Source: Phoronis australis (lineage: Eukaryota; Animalia; Phoronida). Taken from it: DNA of 64,000 nt. The first letter of the stretch is position 1; every line of letters starts with the position of its first letter. The DNA is taken from NCBI GenBank assembly GCA_002633005.1, contig NMRA01000281.1, positions 451,123 to 515,122 of the forward strand, given 5' to 3'. Positions 1 through 12,788 of this stretch are shown piece by piece. The position numbers and the translations under genes were made by a program. Below the pieces are notes generated by a model. The model was given only the letters and a program-made list of their open reading frames with translations, was not told the origin of the DNA and searched no databases.

Positions 1-728
1 AGAATTTTTTCGTGATAGTCTTATATAACCTGCTGTATTTTGAGAACCAGTCTGATGCCCGTTATTCAGTGGAGAAAACTGGTTCTCAAAGTTCGGGCAC
101 TTTATATCGGACCGTTACCGAATTTTTTATAGTGCTTTATGGAAATGTGGAACATTTTGAAGAACAGTGCATAAAGCAAAGTGTTTTAAAGTTTTATATG
201 AATGTGTTCTGCCTTTTCTGAGATGTGATGTTGCGAAGTTGATCAAACTTATGTTTTTCTAAGGTTTCACACTTAATCATTACATTGCTCCAAATCTCTT
301 CGTCATCCTGCTGACATTATGTCTGAATTCCAGCACTTGCCAAAGGGTTTGTTTTGAATTCCAGCCCTGAGTTCAACCTGTTTTGACAAGGATTAGGTCA
401 AATGTTTGGGTAATGAACTACTACTAACTTCATTTGCACTTCAGTGATTGACTCTGGCCGCCTGGGAAAATTCATGGAGATCTCAAACTTCATTAATTTC
501 TCTCAGATTAAAAAACTAAAATTCATGCATGACAGTGTTGTATGTTTGTAATTATAATGTACATTCTCTCAAACCTGATCATCAAATTTGTCCATCCTCC
601 AAAGAGCAACATTAGAGTAGATCACTCTTTGTGTTTATGACCTTTCCATGACCTGAGTGTTTATGTAACTGCAGTTGTCTTTGTTTCATCAATCTCAAAT
701 AAAGCCTAAATAAAGCCTTTCCCACTAA

Positions 729-1157
729 AGTGCCGTTTTACGCTACAAAAGTTGACACGGATCAGCTGACACGGGAACGAGTTGTTCCAGCGCAAGTATG
801 TGTGTAAACGGGACTGAACTGGAGCTAATTGACATCGCGGTGACAACTTTCGCCACCCGTTTGTGAGGTAAAGCAATTTGTGCTAGAACATCTTGCTCCG
901 TGTCAATTATGTGTCTAAACGCGAAACTGGGGCAAGGCGGAAAGGATCATATCTACTACGCTTGTGTAATGACCTAAATACAGGTTCTCTGTCTATTCAA
1001 CTCCCGTCATTTGTAAACCTGCACATGTTTGAGCCACTCTCCAGCCTACAATTTCCGTCTTGCCACAGTTAGTGAGTTGTTTGTGTAAACTGACGCTTGA
1101 CACCGATTTGCTACGTGTCAGTTGCGTTGGGCCAAAAGTTGATGTCTAAACGGGACT
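729..1157. mobile_element. Harbinger/PIF-like MITE, family A copy 1
   Basis: Termini AGTGCCGTTT...AAACGGGACT are imperfectly inverted, with TAA on both flanks. A closely similar second copy lies at 22987-23416. Confidence 0.8.
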
Positions 1158-4100
1158 TAAGGTTGAGTGCTTTGGAGTATTACCAGTCATTGGGATTTCT
1201 TCAGTTTTGGTCTTGGTTTCTTGGACCGAAGTGAACAGCTCAAGTTTACTTCACAGTAAACAGGTGGATTTAGCATTGAAGTGAAGCATGGATGCATTAC
1301 TACAGTTGCAATGGTCAACTTTGATGTCCGTTGAATTTATCAGCAGCGATCTGAAGTGTTTTTTTTGAGTCGCTGTTTTTGGTGTTGTTGTCTGTAGATA
1401 TAGAGTTATCCTTCCATGGTAATTTATTGAAAGTAAAAGATCCAAATCCATTTTTGTGTTAGTAAATCTCAGTTGGGATCTGCATACATTTTTGCACAGT
1501 ATATCTGCGAATTTATTTGTGCACCAATGACGCGATGCCTGTCAGGAGTAATGACTGGGTGCTACTGGGAGCATGGGCATTGGGGTAAGGTTTCCTCAAA
1601 ATGAACAAAAAATACAGTACCAAAATTGACATTTTCTTTTTTCAAAAACCCACTGCATTGTTTAAAATGTGCAAAATTTCATTGTGTGTTTGACAATGAT
1701 AGTTGTACAATGTAAACTTTGCATTTTAAAATTTTGATGAAACAAATTTCGCTGTTTCGCCTTATTTGTTCTTACTTAGAGACACTTCACCCTAATTGAG
1801 TTGTTAGCTGCAGTATCACTTTCTGTGAACTCAGGCTCCAGTTTCTTCTTATCTTTAAAATGCATGTTGTCTTCAGATAGAATTTCTCGTTTTTTTCGTT
1901 ATCAGCTCCACTAAAACGTATAGATTGTAAGATTCTGTAGTTCCGTTTTATTTTTTTTTCATTTTCCAACCACTTTCGAAGGGAATTTTTGTTTTTCATT
2001 TTGATTTTTTTGATAGACTTTGCTTTCCCCTCTTTTATCACAAGAAAACTTTATGATTTCTTTTCTGTTGTGTAATGTGAAAAATCTATTAACCAGTCTG
2101 AGGTTATCTAATGATTGCTTGCTGAGTCAAATTTGTTGGCTTTCAGCATTAATATTCAAACGGAGACAGAGAACAATCAATTTTATTTACTCTTGTTCAG
2201 TTCAGTTGGTTTTGAACTTTGGATGACGGACAACTAGGCAAGAATTTCTGGTAGTGAGCCCCAGAGTGAATATTTGCAAAATGGCACAATTATACCTTTT
2301 TGCTAGGTACGGTGAAATCTCACCAGTGTAGGAGACACTATGGTGGACAAGTTAAATTTTCTTTTCTTATTTTTTGTAAAGTATTTGTAGCACCAAATTA
2401 ATGTTCTTAAATGTCCGAGTCCATACCTACCATCAAACAATATTTTGCAAAACTGGTCATTAAGCGCAATGTTAAAAGCCCTAGAAAAATGAAAGATCGC
2501 CAGCTTTGGCAGTTATTTTTGTCTGAAATTGATGAGATTTTACTGTACACAAATAAAAGAGCTGGCGGGCGTACTTTCAGAGTGGAGAGCCTATAAATGT
2601 TTCAATGATTATAACGACATGGGATGTGTAGTCAAGAAGAGTTTATGATGCCAGTGATATTGTGTGTAAGCCAAAATCTGCCAAAATTTGAATCAGTCCT
2701 GTTGTGCAAGATTTTTGTTTGTTAAAAACTCAATGACACACTGAAATGTTTCTGTGGAATTCTCGGTATCCATTGAATACACAAAAACGCCACTTGATCA
2801 TCACTTTTTTTGCTTTGCAACCTCATTCCACCAGGTGGCTCAGTGAGCAACAACATGGAAAACTTTTTTTAAATTCATCAAATTTTGAATTTCTTTGGAA
2901 GATTATTTGCGATTGGACCACTTAGGATTCAGTATTCTTTAATAATACATTCGATATTTGTGGTACAAATACAGTTGGCATTTCTGCTCTTTTCCCTTCG
3001 TAATGTCCGCCTCAAATGGTAGTTAAGCGGTTGCATCACTTTTTGTGTTTGAAATGTTTGCCGTTTGTTCCAACAACATTAGCATCATTTTCCTCGTAAT
3101 TGTTTGATTATCGTTGAGTTTTGTGTTGATCTGCCGTGATTTACTATTATGTCGGCTAGTATTTGCATCTAATTCAAATCCAGATACAGACGAGGCAAAA
3201 ATCAATACCCTGCAAAATCATTTGCTTGCACTTTCATTAGCTGAGAACGTTGTCGACGTCAAGGATATGATGTGGACGGCAATTGTATGCAGTGGACGTC
3301 GTTTCAATTTATAACTTGATGCTATCATTCATTTGTTTTGTCGGTGGTGGAATGAAAACTTTCCTTTTTTAAATGTTAATGAGCTGCATCCGATATCTGG
3401 TGAGTTATGTGACGTTGTTCTCATCTTTTTCACATATTTAAATTATCCAACTATCTACGGTATGATATAATTTCATGCTGGGGATGCAAGAAATCTTCCT
3501 CAGCCCTGTTCTGTCATTTGGTGCCACCTTGAAAAATGCTTTATATTTTAGCTGGCCACTGTCTACATAAGGCCAAGGTCTAAATATCAGTTTTGTCTTT
3601 CACAATTTTAGTTCCCTTTACTTTCAATCAAAGAAAGCTTCACATACGTTTCTGTAACCTTTTTTAAACTTAAGAATTTTTTGCTAGTGAAAATTATTAA
3701 GATATAATCAAAACAGTTGTATTGTAACAGCTAAATTAAGTTATAAAAATGCTTGGTATTTTCTTTTTTACCAGCGTTTTAAAAACAGAACTTGCGGCAA
3801 TTCTTCTAAGTTTCAAAGGTCCATAAATAATGCATAAGAAGAAATTAAATGATAAATCATGGCACATGGCTGTTCTTTGAGGCATAGGTGACTGACAAAA
3901 TTTTGGGAAATCTGTTGGCTGGTTGCAAACAAATGAGCAAAACCCCGAAATAGGTATGCCATAAACATGAATGGAGATAAATACAATTTATGTTGAGCAT
4001 CGTTCGGCTTTAAGTTTTGCAAATAATTTTCAATAGAGGTACCTTTTTTCTGTAGTAAATGTTAAAAGTTGTAACTGAAGAAACCATGTCTTTCATGTTA

Positions 4101-5142
4101 ATTACGATCTAGCTGTAATTTTATTGTCGAAACAAAAAATGTGGCTGACTTATGTGGCTTTTAAACGGGTGGGTGGAGGTTATTGGCAGTTCACTGTCGG
4201 GACTTAGACTCCCTGTGGCATTCATGGAAAGAATACTACTGTTTATATGGAATTGCATGTTTATTACCCAAAGTATCCTGAGATTGTATACATTACTGCC
4301 TAGATTATATCCCTGTAGTCACAGGTTCCATTGGTGTTATGTGGCAACTGCACAGTGTCGTGAAGACATGAACTGAGTGGGAATACTACAGTGTGAATCT
4401 TGATGGATGAGTCTACTGTTGATGGAAAGGTTAAAAATAACACTTCTGAGAGAATGAAATTATTCAATGAACCGTCATTTTCATCAAAGATGAAGTCAAA
4501 TACATACACTGAAGAAAAAATATAAGTGCCATATTTGTGAAAACTAACTGGTTTTTAGACCCTTAAATTCTCCAATTGCTATCAAAAATGAAAAATAATC
4601 TTAAGTAAGTTATGCGCATTAAGTCTATATCCTAATATACCCATTGCCAACATAACATCGAAACCATCAGTGAGTCGAGAGTACGTTTCAAAGTATATTG
4701 GGGGTAATGTTCATCAGAATTCAAACGATGCAATGTACTCATTGTTGTGACTTGAGTTGCCAGCACTTAGGTGGCAACAGTTAAGTATTGGAGAAGTGTG
4801 GTAATGTTTTGGTTAAGAATTCAACATAAATAGCAGCCTGATCAGTGGCAAAATGCCCTGCTAAGAAAAGAATGCAATTATTGTGGGTAGATTTTTCAAA
4901 TTTATGTTGCAATGAAATTTCCATGCTGTTAAAACAAATGTCTGACATCTGGCAATACTAGGTTGTTTAACTGTGCCGTTTTTTGACATTGGTCAGCGCT
5001 CAGGTTCAAGGTAATTAACAATTGAATATGCCAATGGTGCAGTTTGCTTGGTGTCTTGGCCAGCACCTAGACGAAAGGCACCCAGGGACATTCCTGCTGA
5101 GATACTACTTACGGTATCCTGATATCGGGGCGAGCAACATAA

Positions 5143-5551
5143 ATGCCGTCCACCACACAGACTTACCCTTAATAACAATTTAGTCCTGAAGCGAACAGTC
5201 GAATAGTCGCTAGGTTTGGTGCCTGTCTGAAGGCTATTTAAACTAGTGCAACTTGCACCACTTGTGACAACTGATTCCACCGTATTGAGAAGGGTAATTT
5301 GTTGTAGGGTAACTTCTAATCGCTGTGTGACTACAAACTTGAGGTAAGGCGGAAAGGTAATTATCAGTTATGGTTATGTGCAGATGGATTTGTTTTGTGT
5401 GCCGCATTCACAGCAACTGTTCATTGTCATGCACAGATCAACGACTTCAGCCTTCACTAGTTATCGGATATTTGTATGTGGACGGTCCACTTTAAGTGGT
5501 CAAGCTGCACTGGTGCATGTTGTTCTAGGGAAAGTCTGTGGGGACGGGACT
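5143..5551. mobile_element. Harbinger-like MITE, family B (inverted relative to the 19755 copy)
   Basis: Termini TGCCGTCCAC...GGACGGGACT. The internal block ACTAGTGCAACTTGCACCACTTGTGACAACT is the reverse complement of blocks near 11835 and 20040. Confidence 0.65.
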
Positions 5552-6453
5552 GTAGTGTAACACTTTGCCAACGAATGCTCACAAGAGGCCTACCTCACAA
5601 TTGGTGTTCGTAGTGAAGCGTGGTTAGGATCTATAGAGAAATATTAGTGCGTGACTTTCATGAACAATCAAAGCACACCGTGGCTTGCAAACCGCTACAT
5701 AAATAATTGTTGGAAGACATAAGCAGATTCGTTACTAGCTTAATATAAGCTAAGAATGATCCTTAAACAAAAAATTCTGCACAGAATTAGTATTTTTGTT
5801 ATAGTTCAGCATGACCTCTTTATTCAAATAGGTCAATCTTGTTTTAGAATTCTATGCAAATGGAAAAGGAGTAGTGATCTTAAACCAAAACAAAGCTAAA
5901 GAAATAAGACAGTAACAGTGAACACTTATTCTAGATTAATTGTCACATTCATATATTTCACAAACCAACTAAGAATTATTTAGCTCACGATGCAAGGAAT
6001 GCATGTGCGATTAGTCTGAGCCACCTGTGCATGTTTGCAATGAATAGAACACCTGGCCTTGGGCGCTTTTGTTGGGTGGTCATACACAGACAAATGCCGC
6101 ATTGCAGATTTCACTTTCATGGTCATCCCTGGTCATGAAATCGAACTCTGGATAGCCATATGCAATAAAATACGTACGTCATCCAGTTTCACTTTCAGAG
6201 AAATGGCCAAGTTTGAAAACTAAAGTAGACTATGGGTAAAATCTCACCAACTCGGGGCATTACATTGTGCACAGTTGAATTTTTTTCTTATTTTTTCATA
6301 GACGATATTAGGGGCACCCAAATGGGGCTATTCGTAGAATTCTCCTCGCGGTGTCGCTGCTGTACTAGTGGTGATTGAATTGCGCATGCGTGGCTGTCTG
6401 CATGTAAACAACTGGTAAAAGATGGAATTTTTATCAAAATATGTCGTTGCGCT

Positions 6454-7381
6454 AAGCCTTATTACTGCTAATTTCCTTGGTGCAAGTCTTCGACAGGTGG
6501 ACCCAAAAGACGCAAGGTTACTATATTTGTGGACAATTGCAGTCAACAGGGTCAACTTTACTGACAAAAAGTGTGTGGATGCTGAAGCCCCGTGTGTGCT
6601 CTATGACTATGCATTTCCATTCGGAGACTACACAACATTACTTTGTAAGTTTTTAGCAATCAGTTTCTATCAACATCGTTCGGTGATGTTATCCCCACCA
6701 GTTACCCCACAGAATAACAGGTTTATTGAGTGGAACTAAGTGTTTCTTTTAGGAAACTCACCCGATGCCGGGTAGCCTAGCAGCACATATTCATATTGTC
6801 CTGGGTGGGAGTGCTCCCAAAATAAGAGGTGTATGGTACGTGATGCACAGAAGTCAAGAGTGACTTTTTCACAGCAGTTTCTCTTCAAAACTATGCTGTT
6901 TCCAAAAAAAATCTCTAGATGAGTGAGTTTCCTTATTTTATCGTGGACCTCAACCCCAGGACTACCAGATCAGTTATCGAATTAATATGAATAAGCCTTA
7001 ATTCAGTAAATGTCGTAACATTGCAATGGAAAAAAATTGACACCTAGAATGAATTTTACTTGTTGAGATCAGAAGCACATTTTAAGTGTCATGAAAAATA
7101 CACATTGTTAAATCACTTTTAGCCTGTTTCACATATTTTAATTCAGATATTAAATAAGACTTGAGTACAAAGGTTATTAATTTCTACACATAAACATGAA
7201 GATGAAATGTCAAATATGTTCTGCCTTACAAAAGTAGTTTTGTCTTGTCTTTTCTTTTACAATTTGCTAATATTTCTCCGACTATTCTGTTACAGGTGAG
7301 AAAAAACAACTGAAACCAACCGCCCGACCATCTATTTTACCTTTGGACGAAGTGAAAAGCAATCCTTTAGCAATAACCTGA
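6454..7381 (+). pseudogene. Decayed spliced THAP-domain gene (transposase N-terminus)
   Basis: Across frameshifts reads KPYYC*FPWCKS / PKDARLLYLWTIAVNRVNFT / WMLKPRVCSM(TM)HF / GDYTTLL, then donor GTAAGT at 6645 and acceptor ttacag at 7295, then EKKQLKPTARPSIL. This covers the THAP C2CH, P, W, F and AVPTIF-box landmarks in order. Confidence 0.72.
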
Positions 7382-7722
7382 GAGAATTGAACATAATTCA
7401 GAAGTTCAGCACCTGATATGCCTGATTATGGACTCCGTCACAATGTTGTTTCTTTCTGTGCTTTTTCGGTTTGCCATTTGTTTTTAAATACACTGATAAT
7501 TGTTTATTCTGGAATCTTGTGCATAGAAGATTCTTATCCAGCTAGCTACAATTGAAAACATACAATATGACAATCGATGCAGTCACTGAATGTCATTTCC
7601 CCATAATGTGTACCAAATTGAAAAGTTTTTACCAATAATATAAAGCCTTTCTTCTGAAAGGAAAATTTAATTTCACTCAGCTTTTGGCTTTCATTTCACT
7701 GGGATCTAGTTTCAATGGCCAA

Positions 7723-8220
7723 TTAGAAGCGCTTGTAAAAAAGGTACAGTTTCAACACGTGGCTTTCTTTCATGTAACCTCATTTAGCCTCAATAACATC
7801 CACAATTAGACCCTTAAAGATAGACACAGCAGCATATCACTTGAATTGTTTTGAGTCCAAAATCAGACCCTGAACTAGACCAGAGTGTGACTAGGTCTTC
7901 TTTAGCTTCAGTCCCTCATGTTTCTTCCAGGAAAGGAAATAAGCTATTGTCCACAAATGACTCATTGCCTATGAAAGGGCATCCTCACCAACAAGGCTTA
8001 TTTGTGTAGCAGTCGGATATAGTTCTTCTGAATACACAGACAGTCCACTGGCACATTGTCTTATGGTAACTTAGTACTGCGATTCACATTTCTCCAGGGC
8101 CACTGACTTGTGCATTGTGCCATGCAGCACTGCTGGTGTGTGGAAGTGCTGTGGGAAGAGAACGGAGTAACAAAGCTTGTCTATGATACAGCTTGAAGTG
8201 GCCTTAAAATGTCACTGAAC
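7723..8220 (-). pseudogene. Decayed YqaJ/lambda-exonuclease-like exon
   Basis: After acceptor tttgttccag the minus strand reads FSDI..KATSSCIIDKLCYSVLFPQHFHTPAVLHGTMHKSVALEKCESQY*VTIRQCASGLSVYSEELYPTATQISLVGEDAL / FPFLEE / GLKLKKT*SHSGLVQGLI...KLYLFYKRF. This is colinear with YqaJ motifs (T.A..HG...E..AL, CGL, DGLV, LK..H.YY.QVQGQ). Stops and frameshifts are present and the EVKCP motif is lost. Confidence 0.78.
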
Positions 8221-9666
8221 CTGGAACAAACATTGAAATATGAATAATTAAGTAGTCCAGATTGGATCAAAAATGTTGTCCCTGTTTTTCAAAAATATAT
8301 GGTGACTGCTCTACAGTTTCACATAAAATTAAATAATTACTATTTTCAGAAACCAAGGGTGTATATAATGAGTATTGCATAAAACTGTGTCTTTATTTTT
8401 TATTCCTAGCCATAACAATTCTTTAAACACATCACTTGTCTGCAAAATATACAAGTTTTTTGAGACAACTTAAACCTTTGTTACCCATTTTCAAGCCTTA
8501 TTAATTTTAATACTCTCAGCAATTTTAAACTCAGATTACAGGTTCATGGGTCTGTCAAGCATACTTCTAGTCTAAGGTTGAGGGAACCGTTTCTCAGACT
8601 TTTAATTTTTCTTCTAATAGAAGATATGAAGACTTGGGTCATTTAAAAATGATGGATAATCTTTCTGTTGTTTAAGAGTAATTACAAATCGTAAGGCACC
8701 ATCAAAAATGCAATTTTCACAAAAATGGCAGTCATTTGAATTGATAACGACTTGCAACATTTCAAGGCAGGCGTTAAGACTATCCAGTCACTGTGAATTC
8801 AGAAAATGAAATATATTTTCATGGGTTTACAATTGATACAAGTAGCAAAACAGTTTCATGAAATCTACTTGAAGGGACTTCATGAAGGTTAAGAATTAGT
8901 TCACCATGCTCTTTTCCCCAAACATGTATTACCTGTTATTTCCACACATTCAGTTGTACCAAATATTACAACCCCAATCCCCCCATGCCAATCCCCCGCT
9001 AAGGACCTGAATAAGTAAATTAACAAAATGACTTTAAAAATAGCTGTTCCTTTTCAAAGGCTTTGTTCGTTGTCTCCAATATTGAAAGTAGGCTTTGACA
9101 ACAGATCTGCACTGGATGGAAAGATCTTGTTGGTTAGCTGCAGTCAAATGCTAAAAACTAATTTTTGTCCATTCAGGGATGGTGCAGAAGCGATGCCTAT
9201 CTCCTGCATGGTACAAGCCCTCAAACCTAAAAAACAAAGGTTACGTGAAAACTGACGTGATAGATTTCCATTTCAACGTGTAATAGATTTCCTGAAGACA
9301 TATGATAGGGAGTAAACAAATAGTCTAATGCAATGGATATTTGTCACTCATGTACCCTTTGCCATTGGGCTTGAATTGTAATCTTAACTCATTAACCTGT
9401 ATCAAGTTGACAGCATAAACCTTCAGCATTGTTTGATGTAAGTGTCACTGATAAACTTTTAGAAATCATTCCAAACAATAATAATGCTTTGATGTATGAA
9501 AAGATCCCGATTGCTACGTCAAGTATCGTATCACATATCACAACAAACAAAGATTAACCACACTGGCAACTGACTGCCGCGAAGTCTACGTCGGGGCGAG
9601 TACCTCAGTTAACAGGCATCAGTAGAATAATCATGGAATAATCGTTAAAATAATCACAAACCTTAC

Positions 9667-9752
9667 CTTTGTATGAGGTCGTGCTTACTTCCTCTCATAG
9701 AAGCACCCTTTTCATGCAATATCAGATTCAGTTGGCACGGCTTCAAACCATT
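9667..9752 (-). pseudogene. Decayed SAP-domain exon (N-terminus of the exonuclease gene)
   Basis: Minus strand NGLKPCQLNLILHEKGASMRGSKHDLIQR, followed by donor GTAAGG; matches the SAP pattern L...L...L...G....G.K.DLI.R. Confidence 0.65.
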
Positions 9753-11100
9753 TCACCATGTATTTAAAGGGCTCGCGAAATCGAGGTTGTTAATCTATCA
9801 CCACTAGTACACACGCGCCCTCTAGTTATTGTAGATTTTCCGAATAACCCCATTAATGCTCCACCAGGTTCAGTCTGAATACCATGACAACTAACAGACA
9901 ATATTTTGAGATGTTGTGGGCATTCATTGTTCGAAAGGCATATAGCTCAATTTTGACAATTATTTTTGTCCAAAAATGTCAAAATATCAAAATAGGCAGC
10001 AAGCATAGGAAATAGTGAGTGTAAACACTGGGTAAGAGTGTAGTAGCTGGCCAGGAGACAGAGAAGAAATGCCTGCTGGTAACTAATGCTTGTTTCTTAT
10101 ACAGACCAGTTTTCATTGTTAGCTGTCACTGTAAGAGTGGAACACAGATCAGCTTGATGCTTTTGTTTGACACAATGCATTTCTCACAGGAACAACAGTC
10201 TGTATAAGAACCTTCATGGCAAGGGCAAAATCATATCAATTAGTTTTAGCAACTTTGTCCTGTAGAAGGAAATAGGTTGTAGTTAGGATCCTTGAATCCT
10301 AGGTTGCAGCAAGTTTACAAATGAGAGAGGAGACAGCTTGTCCAGGTACAACGGAGGTTAGTGTTCATGTCCTTGACTTTAGTCATGACTGTCAAATCTT
10401 GTTCAGGTCCGTCATGCGTTAAACTGTTTCTGATGTTCTCTTAACAGAAATTATCAAGCATTAATGTTTTTGGATGTTGGTTCTGTTCCTGTGTCAGGAG
10501 TAACCAACACATACTGTTTTCAATAGCCATCCAGGCACTGTGTTTGCTTGATGGAGATGAATTCAGAACCAAGAATGATTGCAGACCTTTTTCTGTCACT
10601 TTCTTACCGGTAAGTGATGCATGCATAGTAAAAATGCCAAGGGAAAAACAAATGTCTTGGTTTCCCATTAAAAGTAATGGCTAGTTGAGTGATGCCTGTA
10701 CCATCATCATGGGCCACTTGGGCTGGTTTTGTGATTACTGTAGATTCAATCTAGGTAGTATGGTAGTGCAGGTGTGTTAGCAAAGAAAGAAGAATTTTGA
10801 AGATGTCAGAATTGTATTTCTTGAGAGCACAGTTAAATATGCTCATAGAAATTACCATGATGTTGGCATGAAACATACTGCCATTTTGTTATAAGGATCT
10901 GAATATTTAAATGACTTGCTACTGTCACAAAACTCTTTGTGTGTTCTGAAACTAGTATTATAGTTGTATTTATGTTGTGTTCTAACGTTCATGCAAAAAG
11001 AATCATAGTAAAAATTTCTATTTTTCTAAGGCTGATAACATTGTTTTAAATCCCATGATTGTACATTTTTGTTTACTATCTAACAAATCATGCTACTGAT

Positions 11101-11561
11101 GAAGCCACTTGACATTACATCAACACGCATCGATGTGTTGGGGAGTTGCAGTCAGTATGAACACTTAACTTCATTCCTGGATCGAAGTTAACAGTGCGGT
11201 ATGAACAGTCAACTTGGTCTCATCAAAGTTATTGCCAGGGGCCACTGCTATCGTCAACAATTTCAAGGGCAGCGTTAGCGCTAATAGTTGCTTATATTTT
11301 GCTCGAATAATCACCAATCGAATTAGAAATAAGTTTTATGTTAATTAGCACATGTAAATGTTCTCAAATTGCCACATTAAAAAAATCATAGGGTGCATGG
11401 GATGCTTCAGCGCTGACCTTGTGATTACTTCGATGATGACAGTGTCACACGCTGTTTACTTCGATGCCGTTACTATCGAAGCTGGTACAAACTATTCAAT
11501 TCATCTCAGAGTTTATGTCGACGGCCCACTCATACCCAAGTTAAGTTAGTATGAAAAGGCC
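11101..11561. mobile_element. MITE family C (Harbinger-like), uninterrupted copy
   Basis: Reverse complement of 51670-51865 plus 53556-53800; internal palindromic TTAACTTC...GAAGTTAA; related sequence at 46185-46855. Ends are approximate. Confidence 0.65.
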
Positions 11562-11947
11562 TACAGACTTACCCTGGAACAACTGACATTAATTTAACCT
11601 GACCCACTTTTGTGGAGCGTACACACACACATATCCGATAACTAGGGCAAAGCTGAAGTTGTCGCTGTGTGCTTGACAATGAACAGTTGATGTGAATATG
11701 GCGTGCAAAGAGGACCCGTCTATATGTAATTGTGAGTGATAATTACTTTTGTCTTGTCCCAAGTTTGTGGCTAAGCAGGGATAAGAAGTGGTGCCCTAGA
11801 ACAACTTACCCCACCTCGATAATGTGGAGTAAGTTGTCACAAGTGGGGAAAGTTGCATTAGTTTAAATAGCGTCCACACAACCCTCAAATGTACAACTCG
11901 TTTCTGGAGTAGCTTGATCTAGGGTAAGTTTGTCTGTGGACGGCCCT
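11562..11947. mobile_element. Harbinger-like MITE, family B
   Basis: Colinear with 19755-20147; ends GTGGACGGCCCT; left end degraded. Confidence 0.65.
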
Positions 11948-12203
11948 CAAAGACATAGTTTCACACCAAAACAACTGCTTTTTAACTCAAAGAATAGCAC
12001 TGCAGGAGCCCGTTACTTGGGCTAGTTACTGTCCCCACAGAGTGATTAATTAGATAAGCCCAGCAGTAATGACCTTCTCCAACTCAGCGGAGACAGACTA
12101 GGCGGTTACATAAGCGTCTGTGATGTCGTGGAGTCCGGAAGACAGCTGTGTTGTAGGAAGGAACTCGTCTGGTAAACCACAGTCGCACAAGGCAGGAACC
12201 AAC

Positions 12204-12455
12204 ATGGATTACGAAAGCTTTAGCTACGAGTCTTCCAGTGACGAGGAAATTTTAGAAAATCTTTTGCTTGAGTGTGACGATGAAGCGTCAGACACAGACG
12301 ATATGCACAACGACCATCGTGAGCGTGTTCTTGACAACATAAACAGGACCTACAGGTTTGAACCAGTGCCTGCAAGTGTCCCGGTCGCTTTGGATGAAGA
12401 GACAGCGGCGGATCCCAAAGACAATGACCGCACAACTTCAGACGTTTTATCATAG
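12204..12455 (+). pseudogene. Truncated first exon of a KolX / P2X7-tail-like (nanor-like) protein
   Basis: MDYESFSYESSSDEEIL...NRTYRFEPVP...NDRTTSDVLS*: acidic leader, Y.FEP motif, acidic spacer and R...DV, with TAG where W of the W-C.CG.C motif is expected, directly followed by GTAAAT. The Cys-rich domain itself is absent. Confidence 0.5.
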
Positions 12456-12527
12456 GTAAATGGAAAACAAAAACAATGCCTCGAGTTTGAATGCGAATAT
12501 GTTTGCTTTCGATTTATTTATAATACT

Positions 12528-12788
12528 TCAAGTGAAATAAAATGCAATTTCAACCATCGGGACTGGTAGACAGATAAACTGTGATTGCAGGCTGTCGTCC
12601 TCGAAACAGTCTGCAGAAAAATGTTGACTGCATATCACCGAATACGGCGACGCTCCACTAAATTTTCTCGTGGACCTCACGAAGTCTTCCCACCTGCGAC
12701 GCAGTCGGGGGTTAGTGGGAAACCCATGTAATGACACCCCAGACCCTGACACATTGTCACAGCCTCCAATCACACAACGGTCCGGCAT
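12528..12788 (-). pseudogene. THAP zinc-finger domain, truncated transposase N-terminus
   Basis: MPDRCVIGGCDN...SLHGFPTNPRLRRRWEDFVRSTRK...VICSQHFSADCFE has intact C2CH, P, W and F. Similarity ends near 12575 before a proper AVPTIF box, and no DDE domain follows. Confidence 0.88.

Larger units (their letters stand above)
6324..9851. mobile_element. ISL2EU-type DNA transposon fossil (THAP gene on +, SAP/YqaJ exonuclease gene on -), internally deleted
   Basis: TIRs GGGGCTATTCGTAGAAT and revcomp GGGGTTATTCGGAAAAT (14/17), shared subterminal TGTACTAGTGGTGAT, and AT on both flanks. Joining the flanks restores a repeat seen intact near 2385. Decayed THAP, SAP and YqaJ coding remnants lie inside. 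Confidence 0.82.
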
